Assembly: GCA_965552135.1 (NCBI GenBank)
Contig: CBEVQY010000040.1
Coordinates: forward strand, 1 to 17,396
DNA from: an uncultured bacterium
GTDB lineage: Bacteria > UBP14 > UBA6098 > B30-G16
Direction: 5' to 3'
DNA length: 17,396 nt
Shown here: in pieces, positions 8,705 through 15,896 of the stretch
How the letters are laid out: each line of letters begins with the position of its first letter
How positions within the stretch are numbered: the first letter of the stretch is position 1
Translations under genes and position numbers: made by a program
Notes under the pieces: model-generated
Database searches by the model: none
What the model saw: the letters and a program-made list of their open reading frames with translations, nothing else
What the model was told of the DNA's origin: nothing

Positions 8705-9144
8705 CTAACGCCTCCTTGTTTGTCTACGGATATGGACGCCTCTGCCAGCGCGAGCAGGAATTCCTCCTGCTCCTGTGGCGGTAGGGCTTCGAGCGCCTCT
8801 CGCGCATCGGCTTCGGCGATGATAGCCGCAAGCATGGAGTCGGCGTCGTCGCCGGCAAGCTCGGTCAGGGCGCCGAGGGAGGCGTACGCGGCAACGCGCC
8901 GCATAAGCTCCGCGGTCGACAGAAGCTCGAACTCGCTCCCGTCGCCCTTCTGCGTTGGACGCGCGACGAAAACCGTAAGCAGCACCACGACAAAAGCCAG
9001 CGCAGTTGTGGCGGCGTACCTGACCCGAACAGCGATCCGATGCCTCCTCACGCGGCGCCAAACGCCGTCGAGGACCATCCGCCTCTCACCCTCGCTAAGC
9101 GGCGCCTGCCAACAACGCCAAATCTCGCGAATATCACCGGACAT
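8701..9144 (-). CDS. Putative single-pass membrane anti-sigma factor (147 aa)
   Basis: Lies directly downstream of the ECF sigma. ATG 9144 has GGAGGG upstream. Short basic N-terminus, one TM (AATTALAFVVVLLTVFVA), acidic helical C-terminal part. Function is inferred from position and topology. Confidence 0.65.
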   Translation of the reverse strand: MSGDIREIWRCWQAPLSEGERRMVLDGVWRRVRRHRIAVRVRYAATTALAFVVVLLTVFVARPTQKGDGSEFELLSTAELMRRVAAYASLGALTELAGDDADSMLAAIIAEADAREALEALPPQEQEEFLLALAEASISVDKQGGVR

Positions 9145-9148
9145 AAAC

Positions 9149-9742
9149 CTAACCCTCCAGATCACTTTCGGTCAGCTCTATTCCGTCGAATCCACGTCGC
9201 ATAAGCGCCTTCCTCAGCTTCTGCACCGCGCGGTGAAGCAGGGACTTCACAGTCCCCTGGGCGACGCCGAGCACGTCGGATATCTGCGCGATTGAGTGCC
9301 CCTCCATTCTGAGCGTGAACGCTGCGCGCTCCTTCGGTGAAAGCTCCCCAAGGGCGTCGCCCAAAGCCTCAACGCCCCTTTGGGCGTCGATGCGCTCATC
9401 GAAAGCAAAGCTTTTGCCAAGACCAAAGATGGCGCCAAGCTCGACGAAAACCCTCCGGCGCCTATAGCGCGATACGCAAAGCCGCGTGGCTATGCGCTCC
9501 ACCCAGAACCTGAAGCTGCTTTCGCCGCGAAACCTCTTAAGCGAGCGATAGGCGCGGAAGAATGTCTCCTGCACGACGTCCAAGGCGTCCTCCCTGTTGC
9601 CAAGCATCCCGTACGCTATGCGGAAGACGACTTCCTGATGGCGCAAGACGAGCTCGTCGAATGCCTCCCTATCGCCCCTTCGAGCACGCTCCACAAGCTC
9701 GAAGTCCACATCGCCGCTCCCTTTTGCCCTTACGTCTTCCAC
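9149..9742 (-). CDS. ECF-family RNA polymerase sigma factor (197 aa)
   Basis: Region 1.2/2: LVERARRGDREAFDELV...DALDVVQETFFRAYRSLKRFRGESSFRFW. Region 4: LSPKERAAFTLR...IAQISDVLGVAQGTVKSLLHRA. Start reassigned to GTG 9742 because the ORF-track extension to 9823 runs through promoter elements. Confidence 0.92.
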   Translation of the reverse strand: MEDVRAKGSGDVDFELVERARRGDREAFDELVLRHQEVVFRIAYGMLGNREDALDVVQETFFRAYRSLKRFRGESSFRFWVERIATRLCVSRYRRRRVFVELGAIFGLGKSFAFDERIDAQRGVEALGDALGELSPKERAAFTLRMEGHSIAQISDVLGVAQGTVKSLLHRAVQKLRKALMRRGFDGIELTESDLEG

Positions 9743-9747
9743 TTCTA

Positions 9748-9776
9748 TTGACGCAAAAAGCAGCCCGAGGTTTACA
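9748..9776 (-). promoter_or_regulatory. Candidate ECF-sigma-dependent (autoregulatory) promoter
   Basis: Minus strand TGTAAAC (9776-9770), 16 bp spacer, CGTCAA (9753-9748). This fits the general ECF AAC-N16/17-CGT consensus. CGTC is 7 nt before GTG 9742. Confidence 0.7.
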
Positions 9777-9801
9777 AAGTTCTTCGACGACGAAAAATCG
9801 T

Positions 9802-9830
9802 TTGTCGACAAGGGCTTTGGCAACTATAAT
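9802..9830 (+). promoter_or_regulatory. Putative sigma70-type promoter of the glycosylation operon
   Basis: TTGTCG (9802-9807), 17 bp spacer, perfect TATAAT (9825-9830), 8 bp, then ATG 9839. No SD. Confidence 0.65.
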
Positions 9831-9838
9831 GTTTGGCG

Positions 9839-10375
9839 ATGACAGAAAGCGGCGGAGGGACAAAAGGACTCTGGGCTCTGCTTTGGGGAGCAATCTGGAG
9901 GGCAAGGAGGGTCGAGTTCACCTACCCCACCACGCTGAGGAGGGCAAGGAGGGTGCTCTTCCTGCTTCCGCGCGAGGGCAGAGCCGCCCTCGCGGTGCAG
10001 AGGTGGAGGGAGAGGCTTCTTTTCGCGCTTGGGGCGGAGAGGGTTTCGGTTCTGGCTCTGGGCACGCCGCTTGAGCTTGTGCAGAAGTGGTCCGCGGAGC
10101 CTATGTTCTTCACGGACGCCGACATAGGGTACTTCGGCATAGTGTCGGGCAGGGTTGTCGAGGCGGTGAAGGCAGCGCGATTCGACGTCGCCGTCGACCT
10201 CTCACCCAACTTCGACTTCGTAACCGCGCAGATCCCCGCAAGGGCGGGAATACCCGTAAGGATCGGTCTTGCCGCGCCCGATGCGGCAAAAATAAGCGAG
10301 CGCTTCTTCAATATCGTCCTCTTCCACGAGGCGGAATGCGATTACGCCAAACTCGCCGAAACCCTCGCAACCTGA
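9839..10375 (+). CDS. Short protein resembling the N-terminal Rossmann domain of GT9 (heptosyltransferase-like) enzymes (178 aa)
   Basis: RRVLFLLP at the first strand and VKAARFDVAVDL...ARAGIPVRIG resemble the GT9 N-domain pattern (L...FDxxIDL...AGIPxRIG). It is about half the length of a GT9 enzyme. Confidence 0.6.
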   Translation: MTESGGGTKGLWALLWGAIWRARRVEFTYPTTLRRARRVLFLLPREGRAALAVQRWRERLLFALGAERVSVLALGTPLELVQKWSAEPMFFTDADIGYFGIVSGRVVEAVKAARFDVAVDLSPNFDFVTAQIPARAGIPVRIGLAAPDAAKISERFFNIVLFHEAECDYAKLAETLAT

Positions 10376-10394
10376 CCTAAACGGAGAACGCGCC

Positions 10395-11495
10395 ATGGCA
10401 AAGACCAAAAGGACAAAGGTCTCGGTCATCGTTCCGGCATACAACGAGGAGGACAACATAATCCCCCTGGTTGACGCCTTCGACAGCCTTCAGCGCAAGC
10501 TCAAACACAGGCTTGAGGTGGTGATAGTCGACGACGGCTCCACCGACCGCACAAAGGACCGCGCCAAAACGCTGGCGAAACACTTCCCGTTCCTCAAGGT
10601 CGTGTCGTACGGCGTCAACCGCGGAAAAACGTATGCCGTCCAGCAGGGGCTTAGGGCAGCTTCGGGGGAGTACATCGTTATCTTCGACGCCGACCTGCAG
10701 TTCGACCCCGAAGACATCCCGCCGATGCTCGAGAAGCTCGACGCAGGCGCCGACCTCGTGGCGGGATACAAGGTCGGCAAATATCAAAAGCCCTTCGTCT
10801 CGAAGGTCTACAACGCGCTGGGGAGGCTGCTCTTCAAAGTTCCGGTGAGGGACATGAACGCCCTTAAAGCCATGAGGCGAGAGGTGCTTGAGGCGATCCC
10901 GTTCCGCAAGGACTGGCACCGGTACATCGTGATCTGGGCGCATATGATGGGGTTCAACATAGTCGAGCATCCCGTCACCCTTCGCCCGCGCCTGCACGGG
11001 AAGTCGAAGTACAGAGGGCCTGGACGGGTTTTGGTGGGGTCGTTCGACATGCTCTCGGTTTGGTTCCAGCTCAAGTTCGCCCGACGGCCCATGCTCTTCT
11101 TCGGCACCGCAGGGCTTCTGACGCTCGCCCTCGCCGTCGCCATAGGCGTTGTGGCGCTCATACTGCGCTACGGATTCCACCACGGTTACAGACCGCTCCT
11201 TACGCTCGTCGCCATGCTTGCGAACATAGGTTTTTTGCTCTTCATCGGCGGCTTTCTGGGCGAGATGGTCGAGGGACTACGCGTTCGGGTCGATAAGCTG
11301 GAAGAGCGACTATCGCAAAAGCCTGCGCCAGCAAAGCAGCGTGCAGAGCCCAAACGCAAACCCCCCGAGCCGCAGCCAAAACAAGAAGCCCCGCAGCCTC
11401 AGATCGAAGCAAAACCAGAGCCACCAATCCAGCCGCCCGAAGAGCAAAAGCCCGAGATCACCTGGGGCAGAAAAATAAAGCGGGGAAGCAGATGA
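10395..11495 (+). CDS. GT2 polyprenyl-phosphate glycosyltransferase (ArnC/GtrB/DPM-synthase-like)
   Basis: VSVIVPAYNEE, IVDDGSTDRT, NRGK, IFDADLQFDPEDIP and RPRLHGKSKY motifs; two C-terminal TM helices; P/E/K/Q-rich tail. GGAG SD upstream. Confidence 0.9.
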   Translation: MAKTKRTKVSVIVPAYNEEDNIIPLVDAFDSLQRKLKHRLEVVIVDDGSTDRTKDRAKTLAKHFPFLKVVSYGVNRGKTYAVQQGLRAASGEYIVIFDADLQFDPEDIPPMLEKLDAGADLVAGYKVGKYQKPFVSKVYNALGRLLFKVPVRDMNALKAMRREVLEAIPFRKDWHRYIVIWAHMMGFNIVEHPVTLRPRLHGKSKYRGPGRVLVGSFDMLSVWFQLKFARRPMLFFGTAGLLTLALAVAIGVVALILRYGFHHGYRPLLTLVAMLANIGFLLFIGGFLGEMVEGLRVRVDKLEERLSQKPAPAKQRAEPKRKPPEPQPKQEAPQPQIEAKPEPPIQPPEEQKPEITWGRKIKRGSR

Positions 11496-13081
11496 TGAAA
11501 ACCGCACTGTGGCTGACAAGCATGTGGCTGGTTGCAAATGCGGGCTTCGTATGCTACACCGCTTCGGCCGGTTTGGACGTATATTGTTCCACTTCGGGCG
11601 TTCAAGTGGGAGACGTCAACGGCGACGGACTCTTCGACTTGCTTTTCACCACCCGCGATCACGGCGTCAAGACATTTATTGCCGACTCCCCATTCCACTT
11701 TGAGGAAACAGACCTCGGGCTGCCTACAAGCGGATACACGCGGGGGGGAACCCTCCTCGACATAGACAACGACGGTGACCTTGACTACTTTGTGGCTTTT
11801 CTCTATTCGCCTTCGCTGCTTTTCAGAAACGACGGGGACTACTTTTCTGACATAACCGACACCTGGAACTTCGAGGTTCTGAACCAAGGAGAGGGCACCG
11901 CTTGCCTCGATTTCAACAACGACGGCCGTCTCGATCCATTCGTTGGACGTTACCACGCCTCCAAAAAGCTGTTCAGGAACGAAGGAACGAGCCTGGTTGA
12001 CGTCACCGATTCAACATGCCTTGGCACCATAAGCGACGGCAACGATCTTCCATCCGTAGTCGACCTCGATAACGACGGGTTGACAGATATATCGGTATCT
12101 GCCAACGAAAACTACATCAGGCTTGTACACAACGATGGCGGCGGCTCTTTTTCGCACACAGTCCTCACCACGGGCGACATAACAGGCGGCCACGACTGGG
12201 GCGACTTCGACAACGACGGCGATCTTGATCTCGCCATCGTAACGAACGGTCGCCCGCGCGTTTTCAGAAACGACGGTGGCTCCTTCACTGAAGTCGGAGA
12301 AGAGTTGGGTATCGAAACGGCATCCTCCGGATTGGGAGGATGTAGCTGGGGCGATTTCGACAACGACGGATGGCTGGACCTGCTTATTACGCAAACATCC
12401 GGCAGTTTCCTGTATCGAAACCTTTCGGGCGAACTCTTCGTCGACGTGACGGAGTCGGAGGGGCTGAGCGACATAGGCTCCGTCTGCGGCGCTGCATGGG
12501 CTGACTTCGACGAAGATGGTCTTCTCGATATAGCCGTCGCGCGATGGTACGACGAACCCAAAAGCATCTTTCGTAACGAGCGCTCCAACGGCAACTCCTG
12601 GATAGAGATAGACCTCGTCGGCGTTGCATCCCCCGCTAATCCAGTCGGCACGTCGGTTACGGTGGTGGTGCGGGGCAGAAGATTCACGCGATTGGTCGGG
12701 TCAAATCACGGATATGCTTCGCAAAACCCCTACCGCCTTCACTTCGGATTGGGACGAACGGCATCGTCTCCGATAGATTCCATAATAGTTCGCTGGACAA
12801 GTGGCGTAATGTCAATAGCGTGTAATGTGCTCCCGAATCAAGTAGTTACGCTGTTTGAGGAGGCAACCGGCATAACCTCAGACACACCTCTCGACCCAGC
12901 AGTAAGTCAGGCCCTTACAGATGTAAGAATGCTTGAGCTCTTCGACCTCTTTGGCAGGCGAATCGGCACCTTTCGAGATGCGTCGACACCGTTGAACAAC
13001 TTGCCTGCTGGAGTATACCTATTCAGGCTGCGCGATCGGAACGGAAATACCCACAACAGCAAAAGAATTATTATACGATGA
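11492..13081 (+). CDS. Secreted CRTAC1-like protein: 7 FG-GAP/VCBS repeats + ASPIC/UnbV domain + T9SS-like CTD
   Basis: Signal peptide ending ANA; seven DxDxDGxxD repeats; GYASQNPYRLHFGLG...IIVRWTSG (ASPIC/UnbV); C-terminus LELFDLFGRRIG...LPAGVYLFRL...KRIIIR. ATGA overlaps at both ends. Confidence 0.88.
   Translation: MMKTALWLTSMWLVANAGFVCYTASAGLDVYCSTSGVQVGDVNGDGLFDLLFTTRDHGVKTFIADSPFHFEETDLGLPTSGYTRGGTLLDIDNDGDLDYFVAFLYSPSLLFRNDGDYFSDITDTWNFEVLNQGEGTACLDFNNDGRLDPFVGRYHASKKLFRNEGTSLVDVTDSTCLGTISDGNDLPSVVDLDNDGLTDISVSANENYIRLVHNDGGGSFSHTVLTTGDITGGHDWGDFDNDGDLDLAIVTNGRPRVFRNDGGSFTEVGEELGIETASSGLGGCSWGDFDNDGWLDLLITQTSGSFLYRNLSGELFVDVTESEGLSDIGSVCGAAWADFDEDGLLDIAVARWYDEPKSIFRNERSNGNSWIEIDLVGVASPANPVGTSVTVVVRGRRFTRLVGSNHGYASQNPYRLHFGLGRTASSPIDSIIVRWTSGVMSIACNVLPNQVVTLFEEATGITSDTPLDPAVSQALTDVRMLELFDLFGRRIGTFRDASTPLNNLPAGVYLFRLRDRNGNTHNSKRIIIR
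11609..12532 (+). repeat. Seven intragenic FG-GAP-type Ca-binding repeats (beta-propeller blades)
   Basis: GDVNGDGLFDL, LDIDNDGDLDY, LDFNNDGRLDP, VDLDNDGLTDI, GDFDNDGDLDL, GDFDNDGWLDL and ADFDEDGLLDI, most followed by a FRN/HN/YRN motif. Confidence 0.85.
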
Positions 13082-13452
13082 AGCTGAGCAGAAACATATG
13101 GGCAGTGGTTCAGGTAGGTTTGTGCTACGTAATAATAGTTTTTGGACAAGCCCTTTGGAAGCTTGGCATAACAAAGCTCCGCGTACCAGAGGAACCCTGG
13201 CTAAGCTTTGTTGGTAGGTACATAACATCGTGGTACTTCATCGCGGGCGCAGGAGCTTACGTGCTCGCAACAATCGTGTGGATATATATATTATCACAGT
13301 ACGACTTCAGCTTAGTTTATCCTATGAACAGCATCGGATATGCGTTTGCAATATTGCTGAGCATTCTAATCTTCAAGGAGACAATTCCACCAACCAGGTA
13401 CATAGGCATTTTAATTATCATAGCTGGCATTTTTGTGCTCTCTCTTAAGTGA
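13078..13452 (+). CDS. Small 4-TM DMT/EamA-SMR family protein, ArnE/ArnF-like flippase
   Basis: 124 aa with four hydrophobic helices. GQALWKLG, WIYILSQYDFSLVYPM and IFKETI..TRYIGILIIIAG are typical of ArnE/F-like proteins. Confidence 0.8.
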   Translation: MKLSRNIWAVVQVGLCYVIIVFGQALWKLGITKLRVPEEPWLSFVGRYITSWYFIAGAGAYVLATIVWIYILSQYDFSLVYPMNSIGYAFAILLSILIFKETIPPTRYIGILIIIAGIFVLSLK

Positions 13453-13456
13453 TGAG

Positions 13457-14326
13457 ATGCACCTTATGGACAAACACATGCCCTGTATCTTAACGTTTGA
13501 TCTTGAAGAATGGTATCATGGCGCCTATCCCGGCTACGACTATAGTTTGGTGAATAAGGATATAGTTAGAGTTGACAAGGTTTGTGCTCAGATACTCGAG
13601 ATCCTCGACGAAGTCGGCGCAAGGGCAACATTTTTCGTGCTTGGCGAGATAGCCGAAAAACATCGCTCCCTCATTGAGGAGGTTTCGCTGTGTGGACACG
13701 AAGTTGCGTCTCACGGATTCAACCACATAAGAGCCACTGTCCTGGGACCTGATAAGTTTAAAATAGACGTTCTGCGTTCTATAGACGTATTAGCCTCGAT
13801 CACCGGCAAAGTACCGCGGGGTTTTCGTGCACCGAATTTCTCGCTGAATCCCCTAACGACGCCCTGGGCGTTTGAAATACTGGAGTCCCTTGGATTCGAG
13901 TATGATTCCAGCGTTTTCCCCGCCATTATGTATTACGGCGGCGCCACGAAATCCTGCCGCTTTATTCATAAAATAGGCTCTTTAGACGAATTCCCGCCCT
14001 CATGCTTCGACTTCAAGGGAGTGAGGGTGTCTTTCTCGGGAGGTTTCTATTTTAGGGTTTATCCACGCGTACTGATCGAAAGGGGAATAAAAAGCTACTG
14101 GCGCCGAAACAAAATTCCTGTACTGTATATCCATCCTAAGGATATAGACCCATTGACACCTCCCTTGCCGCTCGGTCCTATTAAAAATTTCGTTCACAGG
14201 GGATTTGCAACTAAAGGAATGGAAAAGTTTAAGTGGCTTGTCAGAAAATTTAACATGATCTCAATAGAGGAGTATCGTGAGCAAAAAGAACCGAAAATCT
14301 GCTTCGCAGCAAGTCAAGCGGTCTGA
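13457..14326 (+). CDS. CE4/NodB-type polysaccharide deacetylase (DUF3473-like C-terminus)
   Basis: LTFDLEEW, ATFFVLG, GHEVASHGFNH, GFRAPNFS, YDSS, GGFYFR and YIHP motifs. Start is uncertain (ATG 13457, 13466 or 13478). Confidence 0.88.
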   Translation: MHLMDKHMPCILTFDLEEWYHGAYPGYDYSLVNKDIVRVDKVCAQILEILDEVGARATFFVLGEIAEKHRSLIEEVSLCGHEVASHGFNHIRATVLGPDKFKIDVLRSIDVLASITGKVPRGFRAPNFSLNPLTTPWAFEILESLGFEYDSSVFPAIMYYGGATKSCRFIHKIGSLDEFPPSCFDFKGVRVSFSGGFYFRVYPRVLIERGIKSYWRRNKIPVLYIHPKDIDPLTPPLPLGPIKNFVHRGFATKGMEKFKWLVRKFNMISIEEYREQKEPKICFAASQAV

Positions 14327-15896
14327 GTCGAAGGTGTTGCTGCTGATAGGTTTTGTTCTGGCTGCGCTGCTACTCTTCTTGACCTTCGACGTAAAAACGT
14401 TCATGGGCGGGGACAACGCCTATTATGCTTCCTTGGCAAAATCGCTTATGGGAGGACATTATAGAGTAGAAGCGTTCATTCACCCTCCGCCCGAGACCGG
14501 CGTCCCTCCTGGCTATCCGATGATATTGGCGGTGCTTATGGCGATCTTCGGGAAGACGTTTCTGCCTGCCAAGATACTTTCGTTTTTCTGTTTCCTCGCT
14601 GCGCTTTGGCTGTGGTGGATTTTCTTCCGAAGGGAAGGCATCGGGGCTGTTGCCGCGTTCGCGCTTGTGACCTTCGCCGTGCTAAATTATAAAATCTCTG
14701 AGTTCTCGCACTGGGAGCTCACTGAGGCGATATATATGCTTATAACGACCGCGGCGATCCTATGGTTCTTCGAGGCGATGCAGAAGGACAGATTCATCCA
14801 CTGGGTAATAGCGGGCGTGTTGAGTGTTGCTGCATATTATATACGCGCCACAGGTGCAACTGTATCGATGGCACTTTTCGCGACGCTGCTTTTTAGACGC
14901 AGGTGGAGGGCTGCGCTCATCTTCGCCGCGACCAATGCCTTACTTCTGGCGCCGTGGCTCGTGCGAAATCTTATCGTCGCAGGGCAGCTTACAGGAGGAG
15001 CCTACTCATCCCAGTTCTTCACAAACCCTGCTACGGGGACAAAGCTCACGGCGACGCAGTTTGCGGCAAAGGTCATATTTAATTTCACAAAATATATATC
15101 GTTGCATCTGCCCACGCTTTTCCTCCCCCTTCTGGAGCGGACGTTGTGGAGGGCAAAAGCTCTCGGCGCGGCGCTTGGTGCGGTCCTCTTTGGGCTCGCC
15201 GTGTGGGGTGCGGTCGATGCGGCGAAAAGAAAGCGCGAGGCATATGCACTCTATCTGCTTTTATATATCGCTTTACTTTCGATGTTCAATCCGCAGGCTG
15301 TAATATTGAGGTATCTTGTTGTGGTTTATCCGTTTTGGGCGGCTTTGGTTTTCCGCGGCTTGGCGCTTGTGGACGCGCGCCTTGGGGCTCGGCGGTTTAT
15401 CGCCTCGGGCGCTGCCGCTCTGATCGCCGTGCTGGCGCTGCCGGTGTATATATCTCACGCCTCCCAGGCGTTCCCCACGCTTATAAAAAACCTCTCCGGC
15501 AACAGGTTCGCGGGATACCACCCGGTTTATGCTCGCTTCATCGAAGCGAGCGAGTGGCTTGCGAAGAACGCCTCCGACGCGCGGGGGGTCATAAGCCGCA
15601 AGCCGAGACTCAGCTGGTGGTTTTCGGGCATTCCGAGCCGGGAGTATCTGCGCTCCAGCCCCGACACGGTGATGGCAGATATCGACACAAGCGGCGCCAA
15701 CTACGTGATCGTGGACCGCATATCCGCCACGACGCCGCAGTTCCTCGTGCCCGCTGTGCAGAGGTACAGAAACAGGTTCGCGGTGGTCCACATAACCGGG
15801 GAGCCCGCGACCTATGTTTTAAGGCTTTTGCCGAAGCCTTCGTTCATAAGCCCCGACAGCGTCATCTCCGAGCCTGCGCCGGCTGGGCAGAACTGA
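14277..15896 (+). CDS. GT-C fold membrane glycosyltransferase (ArnT/GT83-GT39/PMT-like)
   Basis: GTG start with GAGGAG SD. TM1 is followed by GGDNAYYASLAKSL (acidic first external loop), then PPGYP, LTEAIY, YIRATG and LRYLVVVYP, many TM helices and a soluble C-terminal domain (GANYVIVD). Confidence 0.85.
   Translation: MSKKNRKSASQQVKRSESKVLLLIGFVLAALLLFLTFDVKTFMGGDNAYYASLAKSLMGGHYRVEAFIHPPPETGVPPGYPMILAVLMAIFGKTFLPAKILSFFCFLAALWLWWIFFRREGIGAVAAFALVTFAVLNYKISEFSHWELTEAIYMLITTAAILWFFEAMQKDRFIHWVIAGVLSVAAYYIRATGATVSMALFATLLFRRRWRAALIFAATNALLLAPWLVRNLIVAGQLTGGAYSSQFFTNPATGTKLTATQFAAKVIFNFTKYISLHLPTLFLPLLERTLWRAKALGAALGAVLFGLAVWGAVDAAKRKREAYALYLLLYIALLSMFNPQAVILRYLVVVYPFWAALVFRGLALVDARLGARRFIASGAAALIAVLALPVYISHASQAFPTLIKNLSGNRFAGYHPVYARFIEASEWLAKNASDARGVISRKPRLSWWFSGIPSREYLRSSPDTVMADIDTSGANYVIVDRISATTPQFLVPAVQRYRNRFAVVHITGEPATYVLRLLPKPSFISPDSVISEPAPAGQN

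Noticed and set aside
9743..9823. N-terminal extension of the ECF sigma from TTG 9823
   Set aside because: It spans the ECF promoter and the -35 of the divergent promoter, and is not sigma-like sequence.
11609..12532. Recurring gacaacgacgg-like nucleotide motifs as a possible CRISPR or DNA repeat array
   Set aside because: They are degenerate, in frame and spaced about 150 bp apart, fully explained by protein-level FG-GAP repeats.
11400..15400. Mobile element or prophage as the cause of the low-GC block
   Set aside because: No integrase, transposase, terminal inverted repeats, tRNA or flanking direct repeats were seen. Reported only as a compositional anomaly.
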